Shown one piece after another: positions 1 through 11,422 of a stretch of 64,000 bases of DNA. Below the pieces are notes generated by a model that made no database searches, was not told the origin of the DNA, and worked only from the letters and a program-made list of their open reading frames with translations. Source of the stretch: Mitosporidium daphniae (Eukaryota); NCBI RefSeq assembly GCF_000760515.2, contig NW_013546700.1:1-64000 (forward strand), read 5' to 3'. The position numbers were made by a program, and so were the translations under genes. The stretch's first letter is position 1. Every line of letters starts with the position of its first letter.

Positions 1-998
1 TTTATAATACTGAGGAGGCTTTGGAGAGACTCTGGATCAACACCACCATCCGGTTGCTGAGTTAGGATTTTGAAACAGGGGGAAGTAGATTCGATTTTTT
101 TTAGTGTCCAGGGTATTAGAGGGATAAATCCCTTGAAAATCGAGCTAAGAGCTTTCTGCTTGGGGATCGAAGACGGATGGATCCTAACAAAATCAGATTG
201 GTTCGTAAAGTCGGTATCAGAGACGTTTTTCAGGCACTTTAAAAGGATTGGACAGTGAGAAGAATCAATCAACTCTTCCCCCAAACTAGATTCTAGTATG
301 GTGGTAAGTAGCTTATCATTATTGAACAAAAGATTTTTTGGGATAACTTCAAAGAAGATAACGGATTTGTTTGTCTGCATATACAGCCGAAACAGATCGT
401 TTAGATTGTTCGGATCAACATTTGATGGATCCGGTAACTCGGCGATCGTAAGGCTACTCAGATGAAGCCAAAAAATGGGCAAGGATTTGGAGTACGAATC
501 AACATGGCACGGTTGATGATGCTTACAAATGGAAATTGAAAACTTCAACAGCAATTTTTCTAAATCTGCACAAACAAGATCTTTTTGAAGGGGATTCAGA
601 TTCAGAAATCGAACCACCTTTGGAAAGATCAAAGACAACAAAATTTCCTTTTCTTCAATTAAACACGAGTCGAAGGAAGAAATCATATCTCGCAACAGAT
701 TGAGAATCAATATTGGGGCAGGTCTATTTTTAAACAAAAAAGCATCTAAGTAAGAGGAAATGGTATCTAACGAATGAGGGAGTGAAATCAGTGGAATATT
801 TTCCGGAAGCAAGTGCCCGCGAAGAACTTGTGAGATTGAAGATGGTGCACCAAGTTTAAGAGTTTCTACATTAGACACATTATCTTTATTACTAGTCATT
901 GATAATATCTCCGGAACGATTGACATTGATAGGTATCTCGGTAGCCCATGGGGAGGCCTATATAAAACAGATAAAAGCGATCTCAATTTTAGCAACAT
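1..998 (-). CDS. Hypothetical protein, 3' end runs off the window; N-terminus resembles a mitochondrial presequence
   Basis: Manual translation of the minus strand gives an uninterrupted frame from ATG 998 (MLLKLRSLLSVLYRPPHGLPRYLSMSIVPEIL...) to base 1. It is absent from the ORF track because no stop lies inside the window. Confidence 0.7.
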   Translation of the reverse strand, partial: MLLKLRSLLSVLYRPPHGLPRYLSMSIVPEILSMTSNKDNVSNVETLKLGAPSSISQVLRGHLLPENIPLISLPHSLDTISSYLDAFLFKNRPAPILILNLLRDMISSFDSCLIEEKEILLSLIFPKVVRFLNLNPLQKDLVCADLEKLLLKFSISICKHHQPCHVDSYSKSLPIFWLHLSSLTIAELPDPSNVDPNNLNDLFRLYMQTNKSVIFFEVIPKNLLFNNDKLLTTILESSLGEELIDSSHCPILLKCLKNVSDTDFTNQSDFVRIHPSSIPKQKALSSIFKGFIPLIPWTLKKIESTSPCFKILTQQPDGGVDPESLQSLLSII

Positions 999-1035
999 CG
1001 GTATCCAACAGTTTGGAAGCACGAAATTAGACCGA

Positions 1036-1080
1036 TTAATTTAATTTAATTTAATTTAATTTGGTTTAGTTTAGTTTAAA
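1036..1080. repeat. (TTAAT)n microsatellite degenerating to TTAGT, in a divergent promoter
   Basis: Five TTAAT units followed by ttggt ttagt ttagt ttaaa. Confidence 0.85.
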
Positions 1081-1233
1081 TTATTAAACCGAAATTTATA
1101 GCTTGATAAGGCAAAGGTACGAAATTCATCCCACAACCGTAACATCCATCTTTTTCATCAGTCATGCCCCATTTGATTTTCGGTTCACCCTTATTTTTAG
1201 GACAATTAACTTCCATCATTTAGTTACATTACC

Positions 1234-2061
1234 ATGTCTACCTCAAGATCCCCCGCTGCTTTAAAGTTAACACCCGAAGATACTACTCTTTTGCTTGCCG
1301 CAAATACTCAAATCGGCTCGAAAAACTGTGAAACTTCAATGGCTCCATATGTCTTCAACCGTCGCTCAGATGGCATTTTCATCTTCAATCTTCTGAAGAC
1401 TTGGGAGAAGATCGTTTTCGCTGCCCGCGCCATTGTTGCTATTGAGAACCCAGCCGATGCGTGCGTCGTCTCTGCCCGTCCTTATGGCCAGCGTGCTGTC
1501 CACAAGTTTGCTCAGTATACTGGTGTCAAAGCTATTGCTGGAAGATTCACTCCAGGAACATTTACCAATTACATCACGCGTTCCTTTAAGGAGCCTCGCC
1601 TGGTTATTGTCACTGACCCCCGTACTGACCACCAGCCAATCAAGGAGGCAGCTTATGTCAATATCCCAACTATTGCAATCTGCGATAGTGATTCTCCCCT
1701 AGCGTATATTGATATTGCGATCCCTGGAAATAACAAGGGAAAGCATTCAATTGGTCTTATTTATTATCTTCTTGCTCGTGAAGTATTAAGACTGAGGGGT
1801 GTCATTTCTCGTGACCAGCCATGGGAGGTTATCCCCGATATGTTCTTCTTCCGTGACCCTGAAGAGTCAGCTTCCGAGAAAGCGGAGGAGACTCCATTTG
1901 ATGATTATGACATTTCCGATGTCCATCAAATGACCAATCTTCGTAACCGCGAGCCTTCAATGCTTGAGGTTGGTGAGAATGGTCCTTCTTGGTCCGAGCC
2001 AGCAGGCACATGGAACTCATCCGAAGCCCCAGTTGAAAAAGGAACATGGGGAGATGCCTAA
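1234..2061 (+). CDS. RPS0: 40S ribosomal protein SA/uS2
   Basis: Motifs [32 protein letters not shown] and [16 protein letters not shown]; intronless. Confidence 0.98.
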   Translation: MSTSRSPAALKLTPEDTTLLLAANTQIGSKNCETSMAPYVFNRRSDGIFIFNLLKTWEKIVFAARAIVAIENPADACVVSARPYGQRAVHKFAQYTGVKAIAGRFTPGTFTNYITRSFKEPRLVIVTDPRTDHQPIKEAAYVNIPTIAICDSDSPLAYIDIAIPGNNKGKHSIGLIYYLLAREVLRLRGVISRDQPWEVIPDMFFFRDPEESASEKAEETPFDDYDISDVHQMTNLRNREPSMLEVGENGPSWSEPAGTWNSSEAPVEKGTWGDA

Positions 2062-2270
2062 GTCAAATAAATTACTTTTCCTAAATTCAGTTGCTTTCTT
2101 GGGTATGTGTCTTTTGCAATCAAGGAGATTATCGGGTTAGGATTGTGAGGTTTAGGGCCATTAAAAGGCCCAACAGCAAGGGGTCCAAATATTAAGGATA
2201 CCCTGGCTCTTAACTTTTTCTGCAATAAAAAGCTAAATCTTTGTCCACGTGTTTACATGTGGCTTGGTAT

Positions 2271-2330
2271 GTGCATGTATCATTTCGTGTGAGCATGTAT
2301 CATTTCGTGTGAGCATATATCATTTCGTGT
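2271..2330. repeat. Intergenic 20-bp tandem repeat x3
   Basis: gtgcatgtatcatttcgtgt / gagcatgtatcatttcgtgt / gagcatatatcatttcgtgt. Confidence 0.9.
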
Positions 2331-2529
2331 TTTAAAGTGGATGAATTACTCATAAAAAGATAGAGAAAAATGGCAATATTCAATATCCATGGAACGAGTA
2401 CATTTGTGCTATTGCTTAACTTCTACACTGTTACGAGCTATGGAGTGAGCATCGAAAGTTCTAGGTTAAGCAAAAAAGAAATTACAAACATTTCAAAATG
2501 TGTCTTGATTTTACAATTAAACACTTGTC

Positions 2530-3007
2530 ATGCTTGCTTCGCCAAAGAGCATTCATTCTCCGCTCAAGACCATTCTGTTTTCAAACCTTTTGGGTAGGCC
2601 ATACTCAAGCTTCAAGGTTCCTGAAATTGTGGAGAGGGATTTTGAGAAGAGCTGGAGACAGATGGATTTGGTTGGAAAGTACGATATCCAGCAACGCCAT
2701 GCAGAGCTCTCAAAAATGGACTGGAATACACTCACTCTGGCCACGAAGAAATCAAGTGGTGTATTTTTAATTAAATGTAGTGTACACTTCGGCTTATGAT
2801 TTACCCCCAAAAGAGCATCCGACCTTTAGTAGAGATGTCACCATCGGGGTTGCAGCGGTTATGTTGCTAGCCTATGGCCTGCATAGCTTCTTCAAGTGGG
2901 TTGGAGGGCCGCCTCCACATACGGCGTCCCCTGAATGGTACGAACATACAAAAGCCTTAATGCGCAAACAAAACGCCTCTCCAATTAGAAAGCACTTTGA
3001 CGATTAA
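2530..3007 (+). CDS. COX5: Cytochrome c oxidase subunit IV family (fungal Cox5-like); one 22-25 nt intron ending at 2780
   Basis: Presequence, then KMDWNTLTLATKK..YTSAY, one TM helix and PPPHTASPEWYEHTKALMRKQNASPI. A GT..AG intron (2756 or 2759 to 2780) joins the two ORFs in frame. Confidence 0.85.
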
Positions 3008-3038
3008 TTTTCCAATAAAAGGCTACAATTTAAATTTA

Positions 3039-4710
3039 ATGGAAGAACCGTCTGTTAATATGAGCTGGGAGGGCGGCCCTTCCAGCGCTCTAGCTTCCGG
3101 CGCTCTAGATTCCAGCGCTCTAGCTTCCGGCGCTCTAGATTCCGGCGATCTAGATTCCGGAACTCTAGCTTCCACCTCATGCCCATATCTTGCTTCGGTC
3201 GATCGGGCACGGCTAGACTTTGATTTTGAACGGATATGCTCTGTTACGCTGTCCAATTTCAACATCTATGGTTGTCTGGTCTGTGGGAAGTACTTTCAGG
3301 GCCGGAATCGCTCATCTCCAGCATATTTTCATTCCCTTAACGATGATCATCATGTCTTTATAAACTTGCAGGATCGAAGGGTTAGATGTAAGTTGTCATT
3401 TTAGGTTTATTCTCTCCCCGAAAACTATGAGGTTCTGGATTCTTCTTTAGACGATATCAAATCTTTGATTTGCCCCATGTTTTCGGCAAAGGATGTCCAA
3501 ATGCTTGACACTGTTAGCAGGCAAAAACTCGATCTTCATTTCGAAAAAATGATCATTCCAGGATTTATAGGCCTGAATAATATCAAGGCAAACGACTATG
3601 TAAACGTTGTGGTGCAAGCAATTTCTCACATTCCAACCATAAGAGACTATTTCCTGCTTGGTTCAAACCGATTCAACCCCAAATTCACTCATCTTGTTAG
3701 CACGTTTGGAAACCTGACTGCCAAAATATGGAATTTCCACCCCTTCAAAAACCATGTATCTCCTCACGAGCTACTGCAAGTAAGATGCGGGCTTGTTGAT
3801 TTTTTAGACCATTTCTTTGGAATCTGCGAAAAAGTATTCTCTCTCCAAGAAAGAAGATCCCTCCAAGTTTTTGGTTTGGTTCCTCAACATTTTACGGGTG
3901 CAAATTTACACCGCTACCAAAGGTACCATTTGGCGCATTACTTTCCATAAAACAGAGGATTTAATTGCAAACGCTTTTCAAGGCAAAATTCGGATCATCA
4001 GCCGAAAGCCTTCCGATCCAGTGATGATCAAAAAATTTGGCGTAAAATCCAAGTATGAAGATCCCGCTCAAGATAGTAGAGAATTTGATCACCTTTTCAG
4101 TGACCGAAAATACATTTTTCACGCTTCAACTGGATATTCCTCCATCGCCATTATTTTTGGATGAGAAAAAATCCGGAATTATCCCTCAAGTGTCCATCAT
4201 CGACTTGCTTTCGAAATTTAATGGAACTACTGCTCAAGTACAAGCTCTTTTTTGTATCTTTCAACTAGGATTTGGGGAACATCGTAAAAGAGTACAAGAT
4301 TATTTCGCTTCCGGCATTTCTAATTTTGCATGTTAATCGATTCAAGAAAAATCAGTTTAAGCTCGAAAAATCGCGGACCATCGTCAATTTCCCATTGGAG
4401 GGGCTATCCGTTTCTTCAGGTATTTAAATCGGTGCCAATTTGTAGAAAATGGTGTCAAAAACTACAGGATCATTGCCAATATTGTCTTCGAAGGCCAGGA
4501 GGATCCAACGATTGGCCAATATCGTATTTATCTTCTCAACAAGGTAGGCAAAGTTGTGTGTGTATATCTTGGGCTAGTCAACAAACAAGTGGTATGAAAT
4601 CACGGATCTGGATGTAAAAGAAGTGCCGCCACAGAATGTATTTATAGCCGAGTCCTACATAATGGTAAGCGTTTGAAATTTATTTTCTCTAGTTTTGGGA
4701 GCAGCTGTAG
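3039..4710 (+). CDS. SAD1: U4/U6.U5 tri-snRNP protein Sad1/USP39 (ZnF-UBP plus inactive USP domain), multiple short introns
   Basis: LDFDFERICSVTLSNFNIYGCLVCGKYFQGR, GLNNIKANDYVNVVVQ and FKNHVSPHELLQ; last exon FWEQL*. Confidence 0.95.
3081..3170 (+). repeat. Coding 15-bp tandem repeat x6 (SSALA/SGALD)
   Basis: tcc(a/g)gcgctctag(c/a)t units at the Sad1 N-terminus. Confidence 0.9.
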
Positions 4711-4858
4711 CTTTTATAAATAAACCAAAAATCTCTAATTACTTGAACGGAATTGGGCGTCTTTTTAAGTGCAGTCCGTACATAGGCATCCCGTTTTACA
4801 CGAACGCTGCAAAGCCAGTTAAAACGCTCGAGTACATTGAAGACTTGTCATTTCCAGA

Positions 4859-4907
4859 AAGGAGCAGCAAATTTTTAAACTTGAAGGAGCAGCAAATTTT
4901 TAAACTT
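4859..4907. repeat. 25-bp-period tandem duplication upstream of the EHD gene
   Basis: aaggagcagcaaatttttaaactt occurs twice. Confidence 0.9.
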
Positions 4908-5009
4908 CAATGCCATTCGTGTAAAACGTGAATGTTTATATTTATCGGCGGGCTAGGGTTAGCGTGCTTTATTGGAATTTAGCCCAAATTTCATTCCTAT
5001 TTTGATCCC

Positions 5010-6809
5010 ATGGTGCCGAAATATAAATCTTTGGTCCAAGGTGTGGCCGACATATATGCACGAAAAATAAAGCCTGTAGAGGAATATTTCCAGTATCCTA
5101 TTTTCTTTACACCTTCGCTGTCAGAGGCCGAGATATTGGCAAAGCCAATGGTCCTATTGCTTGGGCAATACTCGACAGGAAAGACCACCTTTATCAGGAG
5201 GATTCTGGGAGAGATTTATCCAGGGTCTCATATTGGGCCTGAGCCTACCACCGACAAGTTTGTTGCGGTCATGCATGGTCCGGACGCCCGCGTCATTCCT
5301 GGAAATGCAGCTGTCGCCCAAACGGAGAAACCCTTCCATACGCTTTCGCAGCATGGATCTTCGTTTTTATCAAAGTTCCAAATTTCGCAGTCTCATAATG
5401 CGCTTTTGGAGTCTGTGTCTTTTGTCGATACTCCTGGTGTCCTTTCAGGAGAAAAGCAACGACTCGGACGCTCCTATGATTTTGCCAAGGTTTTTCCAGA
5501 ACATCTTAACCCTTATAGGTCTGTGAGTGGTTTGCCGAAAAATCCGACGTTATCCTTTTGCTGTTTGATGCGCACAAACTGGACATTTCAGATGAATTCA
5601 AGAGAGTTATCTCTGCCCTGAAGGGCCATGACGACAAAATAAGAATCATCCTAAATAAGGCCGACATGATCAATAGCCAGCAATTGATGAGAGTGTACGC
5701 GTGCTTTGTTTATTTATTTTGCACTTAGGTATGGGGCCCTAATGTGGTCACTGGGAAAAGTTATCCATACGCCCGAAGTGATGCGTGTTTATATCGGGTC
5801 TTTTCAAGAGAATCCAGTGGCTCTCGATCCGTTCACAGAGTCCCTGTTTAAGAAGGAAACAGCGGATTTACTTGACGACCTTTATATGCTTCCAAGAAGC
5901 TCTTCCGTTAGGAAAATCAATGACCTTCTGAAAAGAACAAGGTAGCCACTGTGTGCTTTACTTTTTAGGCAATTGCGCGTACATGCACACCTGATTTCGG
6001 CGCTTAAGCGGGAAATGCCATCGTTATTTGGAAAGAGTGCAAAGCAGGCAGAACTGCTTGAGAATCTTCCGATGATTTTTACCAAAGTACAGAAACAGAC
6101 GCAATTTCCGCCCGGAGATTTCCCCGAAATCAACCATTACAGGTCGATTTTATCGGAGCAGGATTTCGACAAGTTTCCGAAAATGTATCAAAAGCTACTA
6201 GATCGACTTGAACAGGCGATTTCAGAGGATCTTCCCCAATTGATGAGAGACTTCCCTCCTGGCCCAAATATCCCCCCGCAGCAAATCTTCAATCCATACA
6301 CAAACTCAAACATCAATCCCAGCTTTTCGTTGCAGAAGGAGACGCCCAGTTTTTCATCACAAAATGAGGCCCCCAACTTTTCGTCGCAGAATGAGGTCTC
6401 CAGCTTTCCATTGCACAAGGAGATAGAACAAGAAAACGAGGAACTCGACAAACTTGGGGAGCATGAGAAGACTGAATTTTCTCCCAATGCTGGCGATGCC
6501 ACGCATGTAAAGGAGGAGCGAACGGATGGAATTTGGACCATTTCCAGGGCTAATGAGGAGAATTTTTCCAAAATGTTCGACAATTTGCGGCCGATTGACG
6601 GGAAAATATCGGGAAACCAGGCCAAGATCGTGTTTTCAGAGGCAAATCTGCCAAACTCTGACCTTGCTGAAATTTGGCAGCTTGCAGATCAAGATTCAGA
6701 TGGCGCCCTTACTCTTCACGAATACATTGTGATGATGAAGCTGGTGCAGGTAAAGATGCAAGGAGGCGCCATCCCCAAAACCCTGCCTTCGCAACTGAGA
6801 AAAAAATAA
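5010..6809 (+). CDS. EHD1: EH-domain-containing dynamin-like ATPase (EHD1/RME-1/Past1 family), 3 introns
   Basis: KPMVLLLGQYSTGKTTFI, IGPEPTTDKF, DTPGVLSGEKQRLGRSYDF, YGALMWSLGKV and a C-terminal EH domain (LAEIWQLADQDSDGAL). Confidence 0.95.
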
Positions 6810-6850
6810 ACGGCCTGTAAAAAAGAAGAACGTTAACTTGAAATACTTTA

Positions 6851-7185
6851 TTAAGAAGTTAGATTACGAATAAGCGCTATTGTGTCGCCTTTGAGCATTA
6901 TTCGGCCTAGGATGAAAATCAAATGTCATTACCGAGTTCAGACCTGGTCTGTCTTTTTATTGAAATCTCTACTGCAGCATCAAGTACAATGTTCATAAAC
7001 TCATCAAAACCCTAAATGCCTGTAAAATAAAAGACACATACTATTATAATGCCCTCCATCCGGGCATCCTTGTTATCGTAAAGCCAAATCTGGACCGGCG
7101 ATTTTGACTGGAAGAGCTTAAATATAACACTGATGGGCTGGACCATCAGCTTTTGCATTCTTGTTGTCGTCGTCGAAGAAGACAT
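6851..7185 (-). CDS. SME1: Small nuclear ribonucleoprotein E (SmE), 2 introns
   Basis: Spliced translation MVQPISVIFKLFQSKSPVQIWLY...GFDEFMNIVLDAAVEI...LGRIMLKGDTIALI. Confidence 0.95.
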
Positions 7186-7259
7186 GATCAAGCGCTTTTG
7201 GGTGATTATAAAGTTAAAAACTAAATTGAATTTACACAATTTAAGTGGCCCAACTTTTC

Positions 7260-9719
7260 ATGGCCGTGGTGGCGGTGGCCGTGGTCCATTTTGCATCGTC
7301 TAGTTTTGCAAAAAAATTTGTCTCCACCCTGTCCAGTAGCAAACAATGCTTTAGCAAAATCACCTTTGAGGCATTGTTTATACACTTTGTTGGCACCCTA
7401 AAGACAAACATGCTCGGCCGCAACAAGGAGAACGCTGCGTTTAACCTTGATGTTCTAGCTGGAATGCAGGGATTGCTATCGGATCTCAAGCCGCATTTGG
7501 AATCATCTCATAAGAAAATATTTTCAGAGCTGATTGACGAACTGAAGCCATCGCTTGGCTGGAAATCCGGCTCTTCATCGCCGTTGATCGTGTTGCTGCA
7601 ATTGTTCTTTTATTTCTCGTCTCAGCAAGATCGGGCATACCTTATGAGAATCTTCATCGATCGTCTTTCAGGAAATAGCCCTTCACGGTTTGGAGATATT
7701 TCTAGAAGCTCTAGCAGTCTGATTAGCCAATTCGAGTCTCTAATCAACCATTCCACCGCCTTAAATGGCGAGGCTTGTCAGCTGTTTTTGGCGTACATTT
7801 TCAACACCCTAAAGTGGCTTGAAATGACCCCTCGCAGCGATGTGACGCGAGCTGCTCACCTTCACCATGAATTGGAGCTATTTTTCTGCGAAGGACACGA
7901 AAATACCGCGTTCAATGGTGCAGTCTCTGCGGATCCACGGCTGTGCCCTTCCCCTGCAGCTGGCTTGTCAGCCTCGCCATGTTCAATGCTGCACATCAAC
8001 ATGAGGATGATTTCGGATTTTTTTAAAGCAACAAAGCCAAAGGATCCTGTTTTGGACAATCTATTGGGCCTGAAATGCTGGGAGCTTGCCTCCTTTTCGC
8101 TTGTAAAGCTGTATCCGTTCAACGCATCTACTGCTGCAATTGGAACCGAGCTAATCTGCTATTTGGACCTTGATTTGATGCTTTTTCCTAAATTTGATTC
8201 TCTGCCTCTTGAGGTCAAGGTGCAACTGATTGAATTGGTTGCTTTTGTTCGCAATGACACCTTAAAAGACACTTTGGTGGCAAATTGCATATTGCCGTAT
8301 TTTTCGAATAGCTATACGCCGCCTGTCGTTAACACGGCACAAGATGTTGATTTTTGTTTTATTTTGGTCTCAAAGATCTTTAAGATCGTCACCACCAAGA
8401 CGATGAGAAAGTTTTTGGCATCTTTTATACAAAACGCTACCAATGATAAGTACTCCATCTTCTCTATTTTAACCTTAGACCAGAAAATGCGGTTGGAGCA
8501 GGCTCTCTTTATTGGCTCCAAGAGAGTCTTCTCAGAAACGCCTGATCTTTTGGCGCAGTTTCTAAACCTATATGCAACCCTTAGAAAACGGTACATTGAA
8601 AATGCACATTCTGCCCCATCATATGCGTGCTCCGTTGACGTTGTCAGGCCAATATACAAATGGAATTCACATGTCTTGATACCAATATATGGCGTATTTG
8701 GATACAATTCAATGACAGCGTTTTTGGAGCAAATCGAGCCATCCTTGTTTTTGAAGGACCCAAGGATACTTGTACAAGCTTTGAGCCTATTTTTCTCCTT
8801 TTCCACGTCAAGACTCACCGAGGGCTGTAGGCTGCTGATCGACAAGCTGCGATGCATACCAAAAGAGGATATGCAAATCTCATATCGCAAAGACAGCCAA
8901 AACATTTCCAGCCAACATGCATTTTCAGCCATCAATGACATTTGCCGGGCTGAAATCACTTCGAGCCTGTGTGCCACGATTCAGTTGAAGAACATTTTCC
9001 CTGATGTCCTTTTCAGGGAAAACTTATCACTGGCATCGATTTGCTCCTTTTTTACAGACCATGGCGCGTTTATTTTGCTTGTCGAGCTTGCGGAAAAACA
9101 CCCCCTGAAGACGGTATCTGTTGGCACGCTGTATCGGGCCATGATGTCCCATTTTTACAAGCAGAGACACCTGTTTTCGTATTGTGCTCTGCTGAAAAGG
9201 ATTCTTGAAACGCAGCCGATTGAGATTTTTATTTCAAGCCACGAATCGCACTCTTGCAGTGTAAAACGCTCGTTCTATCGAAATGTGATGGCCCTCATTG
9301 TGATGAACGATGCTCTTCTGCTGCTGATTTATTTAAAGAGGCTATCGGTGTGTACGATATTGCTGAAGCGGCTAAATGGGCCTCTTGTGTCCTTCATCAA
9401 CGACTCCATTTCGGCACTCAATGCCGGCTATTCGGAAGAGTCTGTCAACATCCCATACTATTTGAGCGTGCAGTTTTGCAGGGAAAATATGCTTTCCAGG
9501 AAATTGAGGTCCATGGGCGTGGAAAAGTTTTTCTCCAGCCAGCCTGCTAATGTATCGCTTTACGATCTCTCTTCCAGGCTGGATGAAATCAAAACGTGCG
9601 GGTTTCTTGACACCAGCGAAAAGGAAATCTTGCTTGACACGCTGCAGGCAAAGCCCTACCTGGTCAACATGCTGAATGCCCTCAAGATGCTGAAGGAAAA
9701 TAAAACATTTGTGCTGTAA
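7260..9719 (+). CDS. Large intronless hypothetical protein (about 820 aa, Leu/Phe-rich, probably helical); start uncertain
   Basis: 2.4-kb open frame; no family recognised. Confidence 0.7.
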   Translation: MAVVAVAVVHFASSSFAKKFVSTLSSSKQCFSKITFEALFIHFVGTLKTNMLGRNKENAAFNLDVLAGMQGLLSDLKPHLESSHKKIFSELIDELKPSLGWKSGSSSPLIVLLQLFFYFSSQQDRAYLMRIFIDRLSGNSPSRFGDISRSSSSLISQFESLINHSTALNGEACQLFLAYIFNTLKWLEMTPRSDVTRAAHLHHELELFFCEGHENTAFNGAVSADPRLCPSPAAGLSASPCSMLHINMRMISDFFKATKPKDPVLDNLLGLKCWELASFSLVKLYPFNASTAAIGTELICYLDLDLMLFPKFDSLPLEVKVQLIELVAFVRNDTLKDTLVANCILPYFSNSYTPPVVNTAQDVDFCFILVSKIFKIVTTKTMRKFLASFIQNATNDKYSIFSILTLDQKMRLEQALFIGSKRVFSETPDLLAQFLNLYATLRKRYIENAHSAPSYACSVDVVRPIYKWNSHVLIPIYGVFGYNSMTAFLEQIEPSLFLKDPRILVQALSLFFSFSTSRLTEGCRLLIDKLRCIPKEDMQISYRKDSQNISSQHAFSAINDICRAEITSSLCATIQLKNIFPDVLFRENLSLASICSFFTDHGAFILLVELAEKHPLKTVSVGTLYRAMMSHFYKQRHLFSYCALLKRILETQPIEIFISSHESHSCSVKRSFYRNVMALIVMNDALLLLIYLKRLSVCTILLKRLNGPLVSFINDSISALNAGYSEESVNIPYYLSVQFCRENMLSRKLRSMGVEKFFSSQPANVSLYDLSSRLDEIKTCGFLDTSEKEILLDTLQAKPYLVNMLNALKMLKENKTFVL

Positions 9720-9735
9720 CTTTGGACTTGCAAAT

Positions 9736-11309
9736 TTATTCGATAATCGACACAAACGAGCTGTTTTCTATGATGCTCCTCCATGAATTGGGCATTTTGG
9801 GCCTGTTTGCATCAACAGCGGTCAGCAACAACGACGAGTAAAGATTTTTCAGAGTGTCAAACGAGGTTTGATCGCCGCCGTTGTTGATGTTTTCCAATAT
9901 TCTCAGTGTGGATGAAAAGTCTTTCAAGCTTAACAGCTCGTGGATGGTGAGCGTGAAGTGCTTCAAATAAAATTGCAAAGCGGGCTCTCGCTTGGCTGAA
10001 TGTGTCAAAAGCGTTTGCAAATTAAAATCGACAATCTCGGAAATGATGCTTTTGTAGGCCGGGTTGATCAGCAACAGGGACTCGTCCCGAAGCTCATAGA
10101 AGCACAGCAGACACGAGCAGGACTACAGAAAGGCGGCAAAAGGTCGCGCCTTACCTCCAAAAAGTCAAACGCCTCTGTTGGCAGCGACACGCTGACCGGA
10201 AGATGTCTCAGGGGCAGCATGTTTTGCTTAAAAAACGAAACAGCGTCAAAAAAGCAAGGCCGCGTGTTTAGAAACTCGATCCATTGCAAACAAAGCACTG
10301 GAAACGTTATTGCCGAATGGACGGTCTCCATGCTGGACACGCCATATTTGTCGCCAATGTGATTCAGCAGTCTGATAGCATCGGAGGAGCTGCCGTCGCA
10401 AATCAGTTTAAGCATTTCTAAAAGGCCCAACAAACACGCATGTACCTGTGCGCTCATCAATGATCGGCATGTGATTGCAATTTGCGCTGGAAGCGGCACG
10501 TAGGGTCTTGTAGTACCCATTGAACGCAAGATACTCGGAAACCAGATTTTCAACGCGATCCGTGGCTTGAGGGAACGAAGCTAGCTTGCCTCTTATGATC
10601 GTATTTGAGGTCTACAAAGTCAAAACAACGCAAGCCCAGTACGATCAGATATGAGTTTATGTCGAACTTGAAGGATGAAGGATTGAAGGTAATGAAGAGA
10701 TCGTAAATGGAGTTTTTGAAGCAGATTGTGGGAAAGATAACGGACTCGCCGTACGGAAAGTCTTGGTTCAAAATTGTGCCGTTGTACGTGAAAAAGACCC
10801 TGTTGAGAAGCCAGTCAAACCCGCACCCAAATACGTGTGGACTGCCGTTTTCAACGGAAAACAGCGGCCGCGAAGGCATTCTATGCACATAGATGGCTCC
10901 CTCCATCGGCGATAGCGCGATCGAGCTGCAATCAGGACAAAGCCTTACTTTTGATACGTGCCAAGCCTCCTGTTATACATGAATTGCGTGGTCGAAACGC
11001 CAAGGCATATGTCGTCGCTTGAATTAGACAAACCGTAGAGCGGTACCGTAGCGAGCTCAGGCTGACCTCAAAATAGGAGATTCGAAAGTTGCACTGAAAA
11101 GGGCCGTTGGTGCGCACCGTCTATGCTAAAAGCGCAATGCATACAATGAATTCGTCCCTTTTGCAAAGCTCAGAGGGCTGTATGGAGACCTTGAAATCTC
11201 TTGGCGAAATCTGCTTCAGATGGAGCGATTCTTGCACGATGCCATACAGAGACAGCGAATATGTTTTCGGATATCCGAGCACCATGTCTCGATGCGGGCT
11301 TGCCAGCAT
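9736..11309 (-). CDS. SPRY domain protein with CTLH/CRA-like C-terminus (RanBP9/RanBP10/Gid1-like), several introns
   Basis: SPRY motifs VRTNGPF..ISYFEV, ICLGVSTTQFMYNRRLGTYQNSIAL, VFGCGFDWLLNRVFFTYNG and FKFDINSY. Downstream LICDGSSSDAIRLL..LCLQWIEFL resembles CTLH, and INPAYKSIISEIVD..EPAL resembles CRA. Confidence 0.65.
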
Positions 11310-11422
11310 TTATTGATGCGCTGTGACAACTGCACCACTGGTGTTGGCAAATTTACACAACCACATTCCGCAATTTATGAAGGCAATGCAAACTTTATTT
11401 TTCAAATGCCGTAAATGCATGG

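Noticed and set aside
2271..2330. Short repeats here and at 4859 and 32563 as CRISPR-like arrays
   Set aside because: They are direct tandem copies without unique spacers, there are no cas genes, and the context is eukaryotic.
3039..4710. Fragmented ORFs (here and in PIG-A, INTS11, VPS1, NSA1) as pseudogenes, programmed frameshifts or an alternative genetic code
   Set aside because: The breaks I checked are bridged by short GT-AG introns that restore conserved protein sequence under the standard code.
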